64,000 nt of DNA, from NCBI RefSeq assembly GCF_035594765.1, contig NC_085843.1:268933971-268997970 (forward strand). The letters are read 5' to 3'. The notes under the pieces are model-generated. The model saw nothing but the letters and a program-made list of their open reading frames with translations, was not told the DNA's origin and made no database searches. The position numbers and the translations under genes were made by a program. Numbering within the stretch: the first letter of the stretch is position 1; every line of letters begins with the position of its first letter. Below are positions 47,673-61,579 of the stretch, one piece after another. The DNA is from Anolis carolinensis (lineage: Eukaryota).

Positions 47673-49286
47673 CAGTGGTTCCCAATCTTTATTTTTTTGA
47701 CTAGGGATCATTTTGTCCAGGGACCACTCTCCAGCATTAGTACCAAAAGGGCTACCGATCAGTTTTTGGTCAACTTTAGTTTTCAGTTTGGTTATTTCAG
47801 GTGCTGATTCAGAAAATTATGTTGTATAGACCACATCAGCTCTAGTTTCGGATACAGAACATATGTCTTCCAGTAATAATAATAATAATAATAAAACTTT
47901 ATTTATACCCCGCCACCATCTCCCCAATGGGGACTCGGGGCGGCTTACATGGGGCCATGCCCGGGAAAAATACAATATAACACAATATAAAAACAACATA
48001 TCATAATACAATTACAACAATACAATAAAGAATCATATACAGTACAACACAAAATCCAAAGAGCAGTATAACAGGGCAGGCCGCACTGACACTCAGTTAA
48101 AACTCGGGGTGAGAAAAGGATAAGAAAAAGGATAAGAATAAAACCACAGGGAACTAGGAAAAGATAGCAGACAGTCTAGAGGATAAATAATGGGGGCGTA
48201 ACAAAAGCATGTAACAGTTACTCTCCGAAAGCACATCGGAAGAGCCATGTTTTTAGATCTTTCCTAAAGTCTGAAAGAGTGGGGGCTTGCCTGATTTCAA
48301 TGGGCAATGAGTTCCATAAACGGGGGGCCACAGCAGAAAAGGCCCTCTCCCTAGTTCCTACAAGGCGGGTCTGGGATAAAGGCAGTGGCGACAGGAGGGC
48401 CTCCCCTGACGATCGCAGAGATCGGGCAGGTTTATGGTAGGAGATACGGTCACGAAGGTAGGTGGGTCCCAAACCGTTTAGGGCTTTATATATGATGGTC
48501 TGCACCTTGAATTGGGATCGGAAAATGAACGGAAGCCAGTGGAGCTCCTTAAACAGGGGAGTAGATCTCTCCCTGTAATTCGCCCCAGTTATTAATCTGG
48601 CAGCCGAGCGTTGGACCAGTTGTAATTTCCGAGCCGTCTTCAAGGGAAGCCCCACGTAGAGCGCATTACAGTAGTCCAGTCTAGAGGTAACTAGGGCATG
48701 GACCACCGTGGTCAAGTCAGACTTCACGAGGTATGGTCGCAGTTGGCGCACAAGTTTGAGTTGTGCGAAAGCCCTCCTGGCCACCGCCGACACCTGCGCT
48801 TCAAGCGTCAACGCTGAATCCAGGAGGACCCCCAAACTGCGGACCTGTGATTTCAGGGGGAGTGCAACCCCGTCCAGCACAGGTTGCCACCCAATACCCC
48901 GATCTGACGAGCGACTGACCAGGAGGGCCTCTGTCTTGTCAGGATTGATCCTCAGCTTGTTCCTCCTCATCCAGTCCGCCACAGCGGCCAGGCACTGGTT
49001 CAGCATCCGAGGGGCTTCCTTGGAGTTAGATGGAAATGAGTAGTGGATTTGTGTGTCATCTGCGTAGAGATGGCAACAACCTGTAGTTACCACCTGCTTG
49101 CCCACAGAAAACCATACTTAATAATCTAGAGCTGATGTGGTCTATCCAATGCAATGGTCAGGTCTGCAGAAAGGAGCGGAAATAAAATTAATAAAATAAA
49201 ATATTAAAGAGGAAGGAGGTCCACGGACCGGATTTTTGTTCTTGCAGCCCACTGTTGAGCCACAGCCCACAAGTTAAGAACCATCA
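47673..49286. mobile_element. Non-autonomous hAT element split by the L2 insertion
   Basis: CAGTGGTTCCCAA...TTAAGAACCATCA termini; 8-bp TSD TTTTAAGG (47665-47672 / 49287-49294). Confidence 0.75.
47873..49080 (-). mobile_element. L2-clade LINE, 5'-truncated, young
   Basis: Uninterrupted ORF2 3' end (YADDTQ, LRINPDKTE, SRLDYCN, LHWLP, APRLWNSLP; stop at 48218), 3'UTR and (TTA)n tail at ~47873-47893. Confidence 0.93.
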
Positions 49287-52200
49287 TTTTAAGGGATGAA
49301 GCCTTTTCCCAGCGTGACCTATTCTGTTTCATTGAAGAGCTAGGAAATCAATGGAGATTCATCTAGCTATTTTCCTGTAGCAGGATGCCCTGCAAGGATA
49401 TTAAGGTCCTTGTTGCAGCATGTCAACCTACAGCTAGTAGACATGTCTCCTCTGGACCCTTTGCTTTCTAACAACATAGAAATTGCTGTCTTGGGGTAAG
49501 GGGATGGGGGAAAAGTTTCAGCCAGCAGTCTGCTACGGAGTCCAGAGAGATCTTCCTATTAATGCAGTTTGTTGTGCCATACTAAATAAAATAAGACATC
49601 CTCTGAAATTAAGCCATAGTATGTCTTAAATAGCAATGCATACCTATTACCTGCCAGAGCAGCACCGTGCAAGGTAGACCTTGGAGGGGTCTTTGTAGTA
49701 TTTTTTGATTGGGAGAAACCAATGGTCAAAACAAGAAGCCTATGTAGTACTTCCTACTCAAGGAAAACCAATAGCCAGTCTAAGTGGGTGAAATTACTTT
49801 TGAATCCAAAACCCAACAGAACAGAAGCATGGTGATGTATATTCCTGCATCCAACTCTAGCAACTCCACACATGGCATTATTTCCATATAGAAAGGCAGT
49901 GTGTATAGTAACTGTACTATTCAAAGCCTTATTTATATAGAACTACGTATATACATTTCAGAGTTTAATGTTTTTAGTGTGGGATTCTAGATTTTCTGCC
50001 AATGTTTAGCCTGTAGCCATGTGATTTCCATACACCTCTGCAAAGAATGTTTCTGCTACCTTCGCCACAGCTATGCACTGATACAGCAATACCACCATCC
50101 CTTTTGTTCAAGCAATCGTTCACCTTCCTGCTGGGGTTGGAGAAACCCTGTAATTTTATAGATGTAAATGAATTAACTTTTTCTTTTAAGCCCGTGAGTT
50201 ACAGCGCTGTAACTCCTGTTTCCTTTGACAGCCTGCCCTGTCGACATAATTTATAGCTATTATGGAGCTGAGTAAATTATTGATACAGCCACATAAAGGG
50301 AGAGGAAGAAAGAAGCCAGCGGATGGGTCTGGAATCCTTTTGGCAGATTTTTCCACTTGCTGTTTTTATTTTCTGTAAATGCCTGGGTTTCGGCATGACG
50401 GCTTTATTGACAATGGGCAGAGTATTATTATAAAGGGAGGATGCTGTGCTCCAGAAACATTACAGAGCACAAAAGAATTGGGTAGCAGAGGCAGCGGGAA
50501 CTCCCTCAGCCCTGGTTTGGAGTTTGAATCAATAAGTATGAAGCCCCTGGGCAAAATTAATTCTCCGCGAGAGGCAAAGAATAGCTGAGAAAACTGGGGT
50601 GGAACTCAAGATGCTGTAGCAAGAAGCTGGATGGCGCCTGACTTTCATAGCTCCATGGTGCTTCGGTCTTTATGAATTAGTAATTGTTTACGAAGCTCTA
50701 ACATTTATAACACTGACTCATTTCTCCCTCCTCCTTAGCTATGGTGGTGTAAAATAGTAGTAACTTATACTAAAGCAATGACTCAGAGCAGATTCAACGA
50801 TTAGAGCACTTATGTGAAAGATCAGCCACTGATTCTGTCTGGCCAGGCTGTTAGCTGGGGTGGGGTGGGATGCATGTTTCAATGCTCCAGTGCTCTTTAT
50901 ATATCTCTGGTCTGACTCTTATTGGTAATCCAAACTGTGTTGTTATATGCCTTCAAGTCAATTCTGACTCATGGCAACCTTAAGGTGACCCTATTACAGG
51001 GTTTCCTTGAGCTGAGAGAGTGTAGCCTACCCAAGATCACCCAGGAGGCTTTCATGGTTGAGCAGGATTCCAACCCTGGTCTCCAGAGTCAAACTTAAAC
51101 CACTAAACCATGCTGGATCTCAACAATAGATCTAGCGAATCAGCAGAATTTATCTCTATCTTAATTCACCATACAACAAGTTATGTGTTTGCTCTTCTCT
51201 GCTGGGGACTAACTAACAGTATTTAAGGGTGTAGTTCAGAAGATAGATAGAGGGATTGGTCACCAGCTTCCTGTTCGTGACATGGGCAAAATTAAGTCTA
51301 CCTTTATCCTTGTAGAGTTTCATATTATCTTCCATTGACCAAAATCCCATGTCTCCAATTGCCTCCTGAACAGGAATGCTGTGACTGGTGGACATTGTGT
51401 GAGATCAGAGAAGCATCCAGTTATGCCCCATAGCCAGACGTATACTTATAACGCCATCTCCCGAGACCCTAGATGAGGCTTGCACAACCCACATCCCTTC
51501 AGGTATTTTGGACTTCGGCACCCATAATTCCTATCAATTAGACAAGCTGGCTAGGGTTTCTGGGAATTGGAGTCCCATAACCTGGAGGGCCACAGGTTGT
51601 GGAGGCCTGCCTGGTGGATCCTATGGGAGATGTCATTGGTCTGCATCTGGCTATGGGGAAGATCCAGAAACTACTCCTGCTGTCTATCAACCATAAAATG
51701 TCTGTTCAGGGAGTCTATCACAGCAAAGCTGGGATACCAGAGGATGGCTAACAGGGAGCTCTACTGGAGTTTCACCTCCAGAACTCTTATGCTACTTTGA
51801 GCAAGATAGGAGGTCAGTCAATGTACATTACAAAAGCTATTACTGAACAGCAATGTAACAGTAAATTTCAAAGTGAAGTTGATGAGCACGACAGTGACCA
51901 TAACCATACGTATAAGGAAAGCCCCCAAAATGGAAGTTAAAGTGCTTATCCATATCAACAAAATAGTACTAGCCGCATTAGGAACTGATAGACTGTAAAA
52001 CAAATATGTCTCTTATTGCTCACCCAAGATCAAGCCACATCACAACCTATCTATCTACAGGAGATCACCTGTGGTCGAGTATGATTGTCTTCCGGGGATA
52101 GAGCCTTGGCAATAGGCTGCACTGGAAAAGATAGATTGTTGCTAAGAAAATCAACTTCTTTCCTCATTCTCTAAACTGTGAGGTTTTCAGCTAAGCTCCA

Positions 52201-55200
52201 ACGGAGACAGAAAGTTCAGATGAGGCAACAGATATCATCATCATCTCTGATCACAGTTGGTGGGCAAGCCCGGAATCACAAGTTGATCTCTTTCTATTCC
52301 TACTCATTGGATTATTTTTCATTAGATGAAAGCAAATGCTAGCAAGGATGGATAAAATGTGGCTTTCCAGGTGCTTGTGGATTACAACTCTCATAGTCTC
52401 TCACTGTTTGCAGTTTTGGCTGATAGAAATCACAGTGCAAAATTATTTTAAGAACCACCTCTAAATTATTTGTTTATTTATATTCATGTATTTATATCCC
52501 ACCATCAGTCATAAGATAGCAGCATATAGACAAAACATTAATGTAGAACCATTTAGAACAATTTATGTTCCAAAACATATAATAATTTTAAAAATGTAAA
52601 ACAATTTAATACCTGTGTAGAAATAATCAACTTTTTGAAGACAAAGAAATCCCACAGACTTTGGTGAAGTCAGGTGCCTTGCTGCCAAGTGAAGTCAACA
52701 TTGATGCCAATTCGGTCTATAGAAGAAGACTATACTAAAATTGGGTGCCACGGGATAATAGGCCCTCTCCCATGTTCCCACATATATACATGCATGGAGT
52801 ACATCCAGTGATCATAAGCATTGGTGTCACTGGCAAGCACCTGTGTTGGGGATCAGTTCTGCATTTGGAAAGGCATCAGAGAACAGTTGCAAAAGCCAGA
52901 TCAAGGACTGTACACATGTTTAGGCCTAATGTGATGTTTAAGAGTACTTAGAACCACAACAGTTTTATCTGAAATGAAGTCAACCCTTTTTTAAGACACA
53001 AACCTTATGAATCACAGCAGTGGGAAAGGATAATGGAAGCAGATTTCAGATTGTGAGCCCACTGAGGCAAAAGTTCTGATTCTGATTCCATTTTTATATA
53101 ACGCTATAAATATTTATAGAGTCCCTAGGAACTTCTGATGGAAGACGATGCTTCAAGATAAATTAAATTAAATTTCAGTGCAAAAGACTAATGCATGATG
53201 CCATTTTCAGTCCAGTTCTCTATGCCATGTGCATATTGAAACAATCTATGCGCTTTAGAGCATTTTTTGTAACTTTGGAAGACGCATCAGGTGATGCAGG
53301 CATAGCTTACTGATACCTGGTCTAAGGTTTCCTTTTCCTTACTCCATTCTTGCCAAAGTAACTTGTGTTTCCTGACTTTTTTGCTTCTACAATTATTGTT
53401 ATCCCAGCGTCTCTTAGGAAACCACCTTTCAGACTATTTCATCCAAGACTGGCCAGGATCTCAGATGGCTTTCATGCCTCCAGTCCTTAGCAATTGAAAC
53501 TGAGACCTTAAAAAGTTTTCTGCTAGCTCTGTTTCGTCTTCTAACTTCACCACACTTCTGGTTTCAGCTCTAATTTCATTTCTTATTTGCTTTGTTTAAT
53601 CATACTGTTTCCCTTGATGTGACTCATTGTTTTACCCTTGCTTTTATTCTGGACTTTTGCTTTTAGGCCCTTTTGGGACTTTATTTATCTTTATAAACTG
53701 TGTAGATCTGAAGATGTCAGTGCGGTATATGTAACAATATAACCGGCAATATATTGTCAATGCAATAGAAGGTAATTTGAACTAAATGGCAGGGAAAGCT
53801 TGCCATTGTTGGGGCATGTTGAATTTTGGAGGAAAGACTGTTCCACACTAAGTGCCCTACTATGAACTGTGGAGCACAGCTAAAAATAATGTGGTCCCAT
53901 CATGAGGGCTTCTCCAGATGTCTTTTTAGAGTGAATGCACCTATGACGGAGAAGAAAGTATCCATGGTGTGAAAGTCAGTCTGCATCACCAGTTCATGAA
54001 TTAGTAAAATAGACATGTATCAAGAAACTTTGCTATGGGAGCAGTATTGGCAGAAAGTTCATAGCAAGTGTTTTCATTGCCATCATTTTATTCAGATGGG
54101 AACATAAGGCTCAGTCGGGAAGCCTTTCACAATCTGGTGTCCAGTTAATGGGCTACCTGTTGTTGCTGTGTGGTTTCAAGTAGTTCGCAAGTGGGACTGT
54201 CTTGGTAAGATTTATTCAGAGGGGATTTGCTATTACCTCTTTCCGAGGCTGAAGGTATGGAACTTTCCGAAGGTCACCCAATGTATTTCTATGGTTGAGT
54301 GGAGGTTTTAACTTTGGTCTCCTAATGTCCTCATTCAACACTAAAATCACTACACCATACTCGTGTTTGGCTCTTACAATCCTTGGTCAAGTTGGCCACT
54401 GAAAACGAGTTGAATCCCTACTGTTTGAGACTAGGAAATTCTACTATAGGATACGAATACTGGCTGAGGATTACAGAAGTTTTGTCTGACTAATAATAAT
54501 TGTAATACTAATATATTTTATTTGCTACCCTTCTCTCCTCACTGCTAGAGGTGGGGACAACATTGTTAAACACATAGATAAAACACAAGACCTTTAAGTA
54601 CATATATTAAAATAGATCAAAGATTAAAACCTCAATATAATGTAAAATTAAAATTAATGGTTTAAAATTGACTGGGTAAGTCTTCTTAATGAGGAGCTTG
54701 GGAAATTGCTTTTTATTTGAAGAGATATCATGCTATGCTGAAGTCACCTATAACTGAGAATTAATAAAACAGTGTCCAATGGGTCCCAGAATATTATCCA
54801 GACACTATTTAAGTAATGGATACTTTCAACACATCATGTTATTCCTTCATTTAAAAATAATAATTTCCAAGCTCTAGTCCAATCAAATTAGAGGGGTTCT
54901 GACTGAGGAATAATGTTTTAAAGAATCCCTGCCTCCTGAGATATTAGGACACTCTTTTACCTATATCACACTTATTTTAGGAGGAAGAAGAGAAAAAAGA
55001 CATTTTTTCCTACTACATTCTCTAGAAAAATTGCTTTCTCCTAAAAACAAGTTTCTGTTTTTCCTCTGCTTTGGTAAAAAGAGTTTACCAAAGACCAAAA
55101 CCAATGGTTGAAGGAGGTGCATATCATTCCCATATCTAATGGTTGCACCTAGGAAACTGTTTGAGCTCAGATCTTCACCTTATGTCTGCATTTGCACTTT

Positions 55201-55485
55201 AGCTTAGTCACAGACTTTTAATTCAAGCCATTTAAACCTGTAGATTTATCACAAGAGGTGGGCTAACAGGGCAACAGGGAACAAAAATGACATCTGCTGC
55301 AGAGGAAAGCTCTGCGTGTATCATCTCCTGTAGGAGCCCAAAGCATTGACTGCTAGGAACTGGGAATGAACAACATCAGGCTCCATTCAATTGCTTTTCC
55401 CGTGCTTTGTTTACATTTCTGAAACAGCCAATATTGACATAGTATATGAAGCTGATATACAGTCTTGCTCTATGAGAACTAAAGC

Positions 55486-55506
55486 TTCAGCACCTTGGAC
55501 AGCTTC
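55486..55506 (+). promoter_or_regulatory. RE1/NRSE (REST binding site), near-canonical
   Basis: TTCAGCACCTTGGACAGCTTC vs consensus TTCAGCACCnnGGACAGCnCC; both half-sites intact with 2-nt spacer. Confidence 0.8.
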
Positions 55507-55899
55507 CCTGCCTCTTTATTCACTTTAGTATACTGGATTGCTAAGAGTCTACCCAGTCTGGCACATGTATAGATATTTTAAATTAATTGCCTATCTTTTC
55601 ACCTACCCAACCACACACTCTGTTCCAAGAAGGGAGTGCTTTGAATATTTGTTCCTGACGTTGCTTAGGATTGCTGTAGGTATTTCAATTATAGTCTGTA
55701 TATCCTTTCCCCCTTCTCATTCTTTTCCCATGAGTTGACTAAAACCTGGACTATATGCAAGCAGAAATTTATTTCAGATCATTTGTCAGCATTGTTTTCC
55801 TGCTATTTGCATTATTATTTGTGTATATGAGAGATATTGTTCATGCTTGGCAATTGTTTATTCTAAAATGCACAGATATAGGATGAGTGACACCTGGCT

Positions 55900-56548
55900 T
55901 GAAAGCTGTATAACAGAAATTGACCTAGGAACTTTAGTAGACAACATTCTGAATACAGGCCAACAGTGAGATGCAGCAAATAAAAATCCAATGTGCTCCT
56001 GGGTTTTATTAATAAACATATAGTGTCTAGATAGAGGGAAATAATAGTATCACTTTGTTCTGCTTTGGTTGAACCTTAACTGTGTCCACTTCTAGGCACC
56101 ACAATTCAAGAAAGATACCGAAGAGCTAGAGCATGTCTTAGAAAAGACTGACCAAAGTGATGAAAGCTCTGGAAGCCAAGCTCTTAGGGAGCTGGGTATG
56201 TTTAATCTGGAGAAGAGCAGGCGGAGAGGAGACATGATAGTCATGCTTAAATATGGGAAAGAACATCATATTGAGGAGGGAGAAAACCTGTTTTCTGCTG
56301 CTTTAGTAATTCGAACACAGAGCAATGGATTCAAACTACAGGTAAGAAGCCAGATCTTCCCATTAAACAGTAGGAAGAACATCCTAGTTGGGAGAGCATT
56401 TGAACAATGGAATGTGCTGTATCAGAGTATAGTGGTCTCCTTCTCTGGAAGTTTTAAAACAGGGGCTGGATGGCCATCTGTTGGGTGTGCTTTGATTGTA
56501 TGGAAGGGATTTGGACTAGATGTTCCTTGGAGTCTCTTCCAACTATGA
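55900..56548 (+). mobile_element. Decayed CR1 LINE 3' fragment
   Basis: MFNLEKSRRRGDMI..LFS..RTQSNGFKLQ..RKN CR1 ORF2 C-terminus and CR1-type 3' end (GGACTAGATG...TTCCAAC). Confidence 0.85.
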
Positions 56549-59499
56549 ATCTGTGACTAGAAAAAGTTATTGAGGAAGTAGTTATAAGTCAAAGAAAAAT
56601 CTTAAAACCTTTCTGAGTATAACAGGGAAAACAAAAGTAAATACAACCACAGATATAGTGGCAGGTATATAGAAAGATATATGGCTATTTGGACTGTTTG
56701 GGGATCTCTATGAACCAAAAGCCATGATAAAAATGGAAAGAGGGATATACTTGTAATTAGGTCTGATCAATTCTGATGAAGATTTTCCCTAAAATTTTAT
56801 TAAGTGGAAGGCAGGTTTTCAGAATGAGTAAAATTTTAATAGTGTCTGGTGACACATTTATAGCAGAAATGGGCAATTTCTAGAAATCTGGAGGCCACCT
56901 CAGTCCCTGATGCAGAGTTTGAAGGTCTATGGCCTTTGAACTTCCTGTGTCTCTCCCCAAATTACCTTTTTTTGTTTTGTTTACAAAGACCTCTTTTGTC
57001 TCAAAAGATAAACTTCACTATTTCTTACTTATGAGTGAATTGTATGCACTCTATCTCCATGAAAGTGAAAATAAAAATGACAGCAGTAATACTTTGGGAT
57101 TAATTTCAACAGAGTTCGAAAGGCATTACCATTTTTCTATAGCCTTTGTTAATCAGAATATAGTATGCATTGTATGCCTGACTTCCCGTGAATGGTGGAA
57201 ACACAACAAAAGGCACAATACCTTTTATAAAGTCCCATTATTTTGGTGATAATAGACAGAAGATTTGTTCTCTGAAATGTGAGCTGGCATCCTGATCATG
57301 ATTTATACAATCATAAACCAGACTAATGGTCTTGTAACTTTTGGGATTCATGCTTATGGTTGTTAATGACTGTCTGAGACTCCAAAAATCAATCTCTTAA
57401 ATCAACCAATATATCAACAGGTGGGTTTCCAAGGTGTGCAGGATAGGACACTGGGAAATGATAACTCACATTCTCCTGATCGTAAGGCATTTTGAGACAA
57501 ATAGGACCCTGAGACGGCCTCTCCATTTGCTCGTCAGAATGTGCCCTGCAACTAGAAGATTGCTACAATTCTCATTTCTCAGTTCCCCATTCCACAGCAC
57601 TTCAGAAATCCTTCAGTTGGGTCTCTGTCTGGCCTAAAAGGTAGTTTTTTGGTTGGCTTAGTATTCTTAGAAGTACCTACAACAATGGAACTGTGTTGTT
57701 ATAACCTATGTCTGGAAATGCATGATTTTAGCTGTGGTTTGCAATTTCTTATATCCTTGTGGCAAGATTTGTATTCATTTTCAAGCACAAACAGGCTTCA
57801 TAATTTATTCTGGGGATTTGTGGACTTAGAGCAATGCAACAATATGTCTTCTGTGCAAAGGACACTTTTGCTAAACAGTGGCACCCAAGATGAGGTCCCA
57901 GAATACGTGACTATTAGCAATGCTGGCTGTGGTTTATGGGAGCTGAAGGCCGACAACGTCTAGAGATGAGGAAGAAAAATATTGTCCTTGTGGTGTTAAT
58001 GATACCATTAAAAACATTTAATCATCAGGTTAAGACATTTTTTATTTATCTGACATTTGGAACCCATTTTCTTGTGTCTGTCTGCAGTTTTATAGGGGTT
58101 TTGCCCCACAATATTAAGTTATATGAAAGATGACATTGCACTTTTATTATATTGCACTTTTGTTTCTGCGAACTGTCCTAGAATCCATTAGAATGTAGGG
58201 CAGTCTAGACATTAAAAATACAGACACTGTATAATTTTGACACTGTACAGTTTTAGAAGTCAAGATGACTAAGCTGAGACTTTCATGCCACAAGGTGCCC
58301 CAAGACTCCTTGCTGTTTTGACTTTGATCTGTCCCTTACATGAAAATGGGGTGAACAAAAACACAATATAGTACCAGCCACCGATAACCTATATTGGTTA
58401 GTTAGTTATAAATATATAACTAAGTAATGTCTCCTGTCCATCCCCTTGAGTCTGCCTTAGGAACCAGCAGCCATATTGAGCATAGGATCTGTTCAGCTGC
58501 ACATCATCCTCTTTGGGACACAAAGAGATGGTGTTTCCAATCCCTTTCTGACAATGAGTAAATCTTCAATGAGGAATTGCAACAGGAGTGCTACTTCTGA
58601 TTACCCCAAAATCCCTTATATGGCTACTGGCTCTTTAAGTGGAAGGTTCACAGCAGTAGTGCCATAATTTTGACTATGTAGATTTACTAAATACAGAGCC
58701 ATTAGGGATCCATAACACTAGGTTATGGATCTGTAACTGAAATAGACAATGCCAGCTATAAACTACTAAAGATCATAGTGCAATGGTGTCAATGAGTATA
58801 CAGTACAGAGATGAAAATGGCCCTGTTTTTACAAGAACAGGGAAAGAAATGCAAATTGAAGAAAAAGAAAAAGAGTCCTCCATCATCATAGTAGAAACAC
58901 TGCAAAACATTACCAAAATTCAAGAGCAAAACAGGCAGCATTGAGAGGGACTGTGAACACAATAACAGGAAAGCCTTGCATGTCAAAATAAGTGCTTTGT
59001 CTACTGAATACAAACAATGGAGTTGATAATATGGAAAATGTTATCTGTTACACAAAACACGAAGGAAAAGCCCTGCTGTGTCAGACTAAAGGTCTGTTGC
59101 TCTGCATTTTGCATCTGGTAGCAGCTAGCCAAATGTCTCTAAAGAGGTGACAAGCAGGGCACAAAGTCATCATCTGTTTCCAAACGTTTGATTCCAGTGC
59201 CTACTATGTATTTCTAAACTTTATAGATATAATGCTGCTAAATCTGGAGACTGAACCTATATTTTTGGTCTACTGATAATTGAGATATTTATCTTCTACT
59301 CATTTGTTAATTCTTTAAAAAAATTGAATCCAGCTAATTATCATCAGATCAAGGAGACTAAATTACATAAATTAGTTATATGCAAAAACTCACATGGTTT
59401 ATGCATGAAACTATTTATGCTTTAACCTTACTACTGGAGTGGAACTATATTTATGACCTATTTTACTATTAATTGGGATACATTGGCTGGCAGGGGCCT

Positions 59500-59692
59500 A
59501 AAAGCCTGAAAGGTGCCAGATTCTGACTGATCTTAGAAGCTAAGTAAGACCAGATCTGGTTAGTACTTAGATGGGAGACTGCCACAAAATACCAGGAACT
59601 GGCAAACCAACCTCTGAATATTCCTTGCCTAAGAAAACCGTATGAAATCTCATAGACCCCATAAATAGGCAACTTGGCAGCACATATACACA
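59500..59692 (+). mobile_element. 5S rRNA-derived SINE (5S-Sauria-like)
   Basis: CTGATCTTAGAAGCTAAG...CTGGTTAGTACTTAGATGGGAGACTGCC..AATACCAGG matches the 5S rRNA internal promoter region; followed by a squamate SINE-type tail (CTTGCCTAAGAAAACC..). Confidence 0.78.
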
Positions 59693-60737
59693 GCAGTTGG
59701 CAGTGTCATATGTGAGTTGTTTACTTTGTTATTACTGTAGGTTTTTACTGTCAAGGAGATGTGTGTGAAATTTATTGCTCTTTGACTTGTTTGGGTGGGC
59801 AGGCTGTGCCATTTCTTGCTTATCCACTGCTAGTAGCACAATGTCTTGAACTGGCCCTCCTTGTCCATCAATTCTGATAGAAATATGGATTAATACACTT
59901 CCTTGATGGTCACTAAATGTACCTCTTTAAGCACTGGCTTGACAATAAATAAAAGTAATTTCACATATTAAATTGAAGCAATTTGTAGGTGCAATTTAGG
60001 AAACATTCACAGACATTATGTACCCAAGCCTGCATAATACACAGATTTGTCAAACCCGTATTGTCATCTTTGTATATCACATTGTTACACCAGCTCATAA
60101 AACCTTCTATGCACATATCCTCAGCATGTAATGGCTGACATCATGTTTGTTAGTCCTACCTAGACTGTGCCTATGTGACCCATTGTTAAATCTATTGATT
60201 CAATGGGTCTGCTTTAGTCAGGACAGAGGCCATTGAGGCCAATATGTGAAACAGCTCTAGTGTTTTCAACAGCTATTTCTGTGCCATTAGTGGCTGCATA
60301 TCTGAGAGGCTGAGTTTGGAAGATCATCCACCCTTAGCAATCCATTCAATGGAGAGACTTCACAGGAAGAAGGACTTCTATAGAATAGATCTCAGTGAGA
60401 GACAGTGGTTGGACCAGTTCATACTTGTACACAGCATGGTGTATAAGTATGATCTTGGATTAGTTCATCCTTGCATGAAAGGATGAGTTATTACAGCAAT
60501 TTTCTCCTCACTGCACCAGAAAACAAATAATAGAATTATACAACCCACTGAGTTACTTTGGCCACATCACACTCTCTCAGCCTCAGAGGAAGGCAAGACT
60601 CTTCTGAACAAATCTTGACAAGAAACCCCTGTGATAAAAACCTTAGGGTTGCTCTAGATTGAAAACAACTTGAAGGCACACAACAACAACAACAACATCA
60701 ACAACAAAAAGGTTGGTATAAACAACATAAGGGTTCC

Positions 60738-60869
60738 ACAACCTCTGAGGATGCCCGCCATAAATGTGGGTGAAACGTCAGGAGATAATACTTCTAGAAC
60801 ATGGCCATACAGCCTGGTAAACATACAACAACCCTGTGATCCCAGCCATGAAAGCCTTTGACAACACAT
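60738..60869 (+). mobile_element. Penelope-like 3' fragment (no inversion)
   Basis: Matches 47322-47453; GGTTCCA duplication at the flanks. Confidence 0.88.
60742..60782 (+). ncRNA. Minimal type I hammerhead ribozyme motif, intact core
   Basis: CTGAGGA 60745-60751, helix II GCCCGC/GTGGGT, GAAAC 60772-60776, GTC 60777-60779. Confidence 0.72.
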
Positions 60870-61579
60870 TGGTTCCATGTCTATCAGAATTACCATTTTC
60901 AAAAAACTATTCTTGGACAATGGTGACTTTTTATGACTGTTGCTGTGGCTATAATTGTTGTTAGATTCAAGGATCAGTAGCCCATTTGTGCCAAAAGTCT
61001 TTCCATTTCTTCACTGACAGCAATTCACAGTGTTAAACCAGTTTTCCTTTGACATCCAGCCTTACTGATATCTAGAAGAGAAATCTAATGGATCATCTTG
61101 ACAGATATCTTGCAACCCTCTCTCCCTGGCTTGTTTTTCTCCCTCTCCCCATCATTTCCTTTCTCTGCTTTCATTTGCTCCTGTATCTGTTGCAGATGCT
61201 TTCTCATTTTGTTTCATAACCTGACACAAAGATGGGTTGGGTTCTCCTTGTCGTCGTTTTTCTGTGAGAGGTGGGGGCAGACGCAGCCTTCTCTACGATT
61301 TCAGTGAGATCTACTTGGGCTTATCCATTCACTCCACCATCCCTTTCACTCTCAGTTTCTATTAATCCTTACTAGCTCATCACTGGTAAATCCCTCATGC
61401 CCTCTGTTCCCCTTTCTATGTTGGCAGCTGGAACTTTAAAAAACATAATAACTACCAACAACTATGAGGTGACCCGGAGTTCCTTCTTGGAGATGGGTCA
61501 AGCTGAGAGGCTCAGAGTAGCTCACAAAACTGTCCTCCTTTACCTTATGGACATCTGCCACATAAAGAATCAAAGGAGA

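Noticed and set aside
48218-49105. 295-aa reverse-transcriptase ORF as a host gene or retron-like system
   Set aside because: It is the 3' end of an L2 LINE with 3'UTR and TTA tail; the N-terminal residues are read-through from the flanking hAT DNA
59500-59600. 5S rRNA gene
   Set aside because: Diverged, lacks proper ends and continues into a SINE tail
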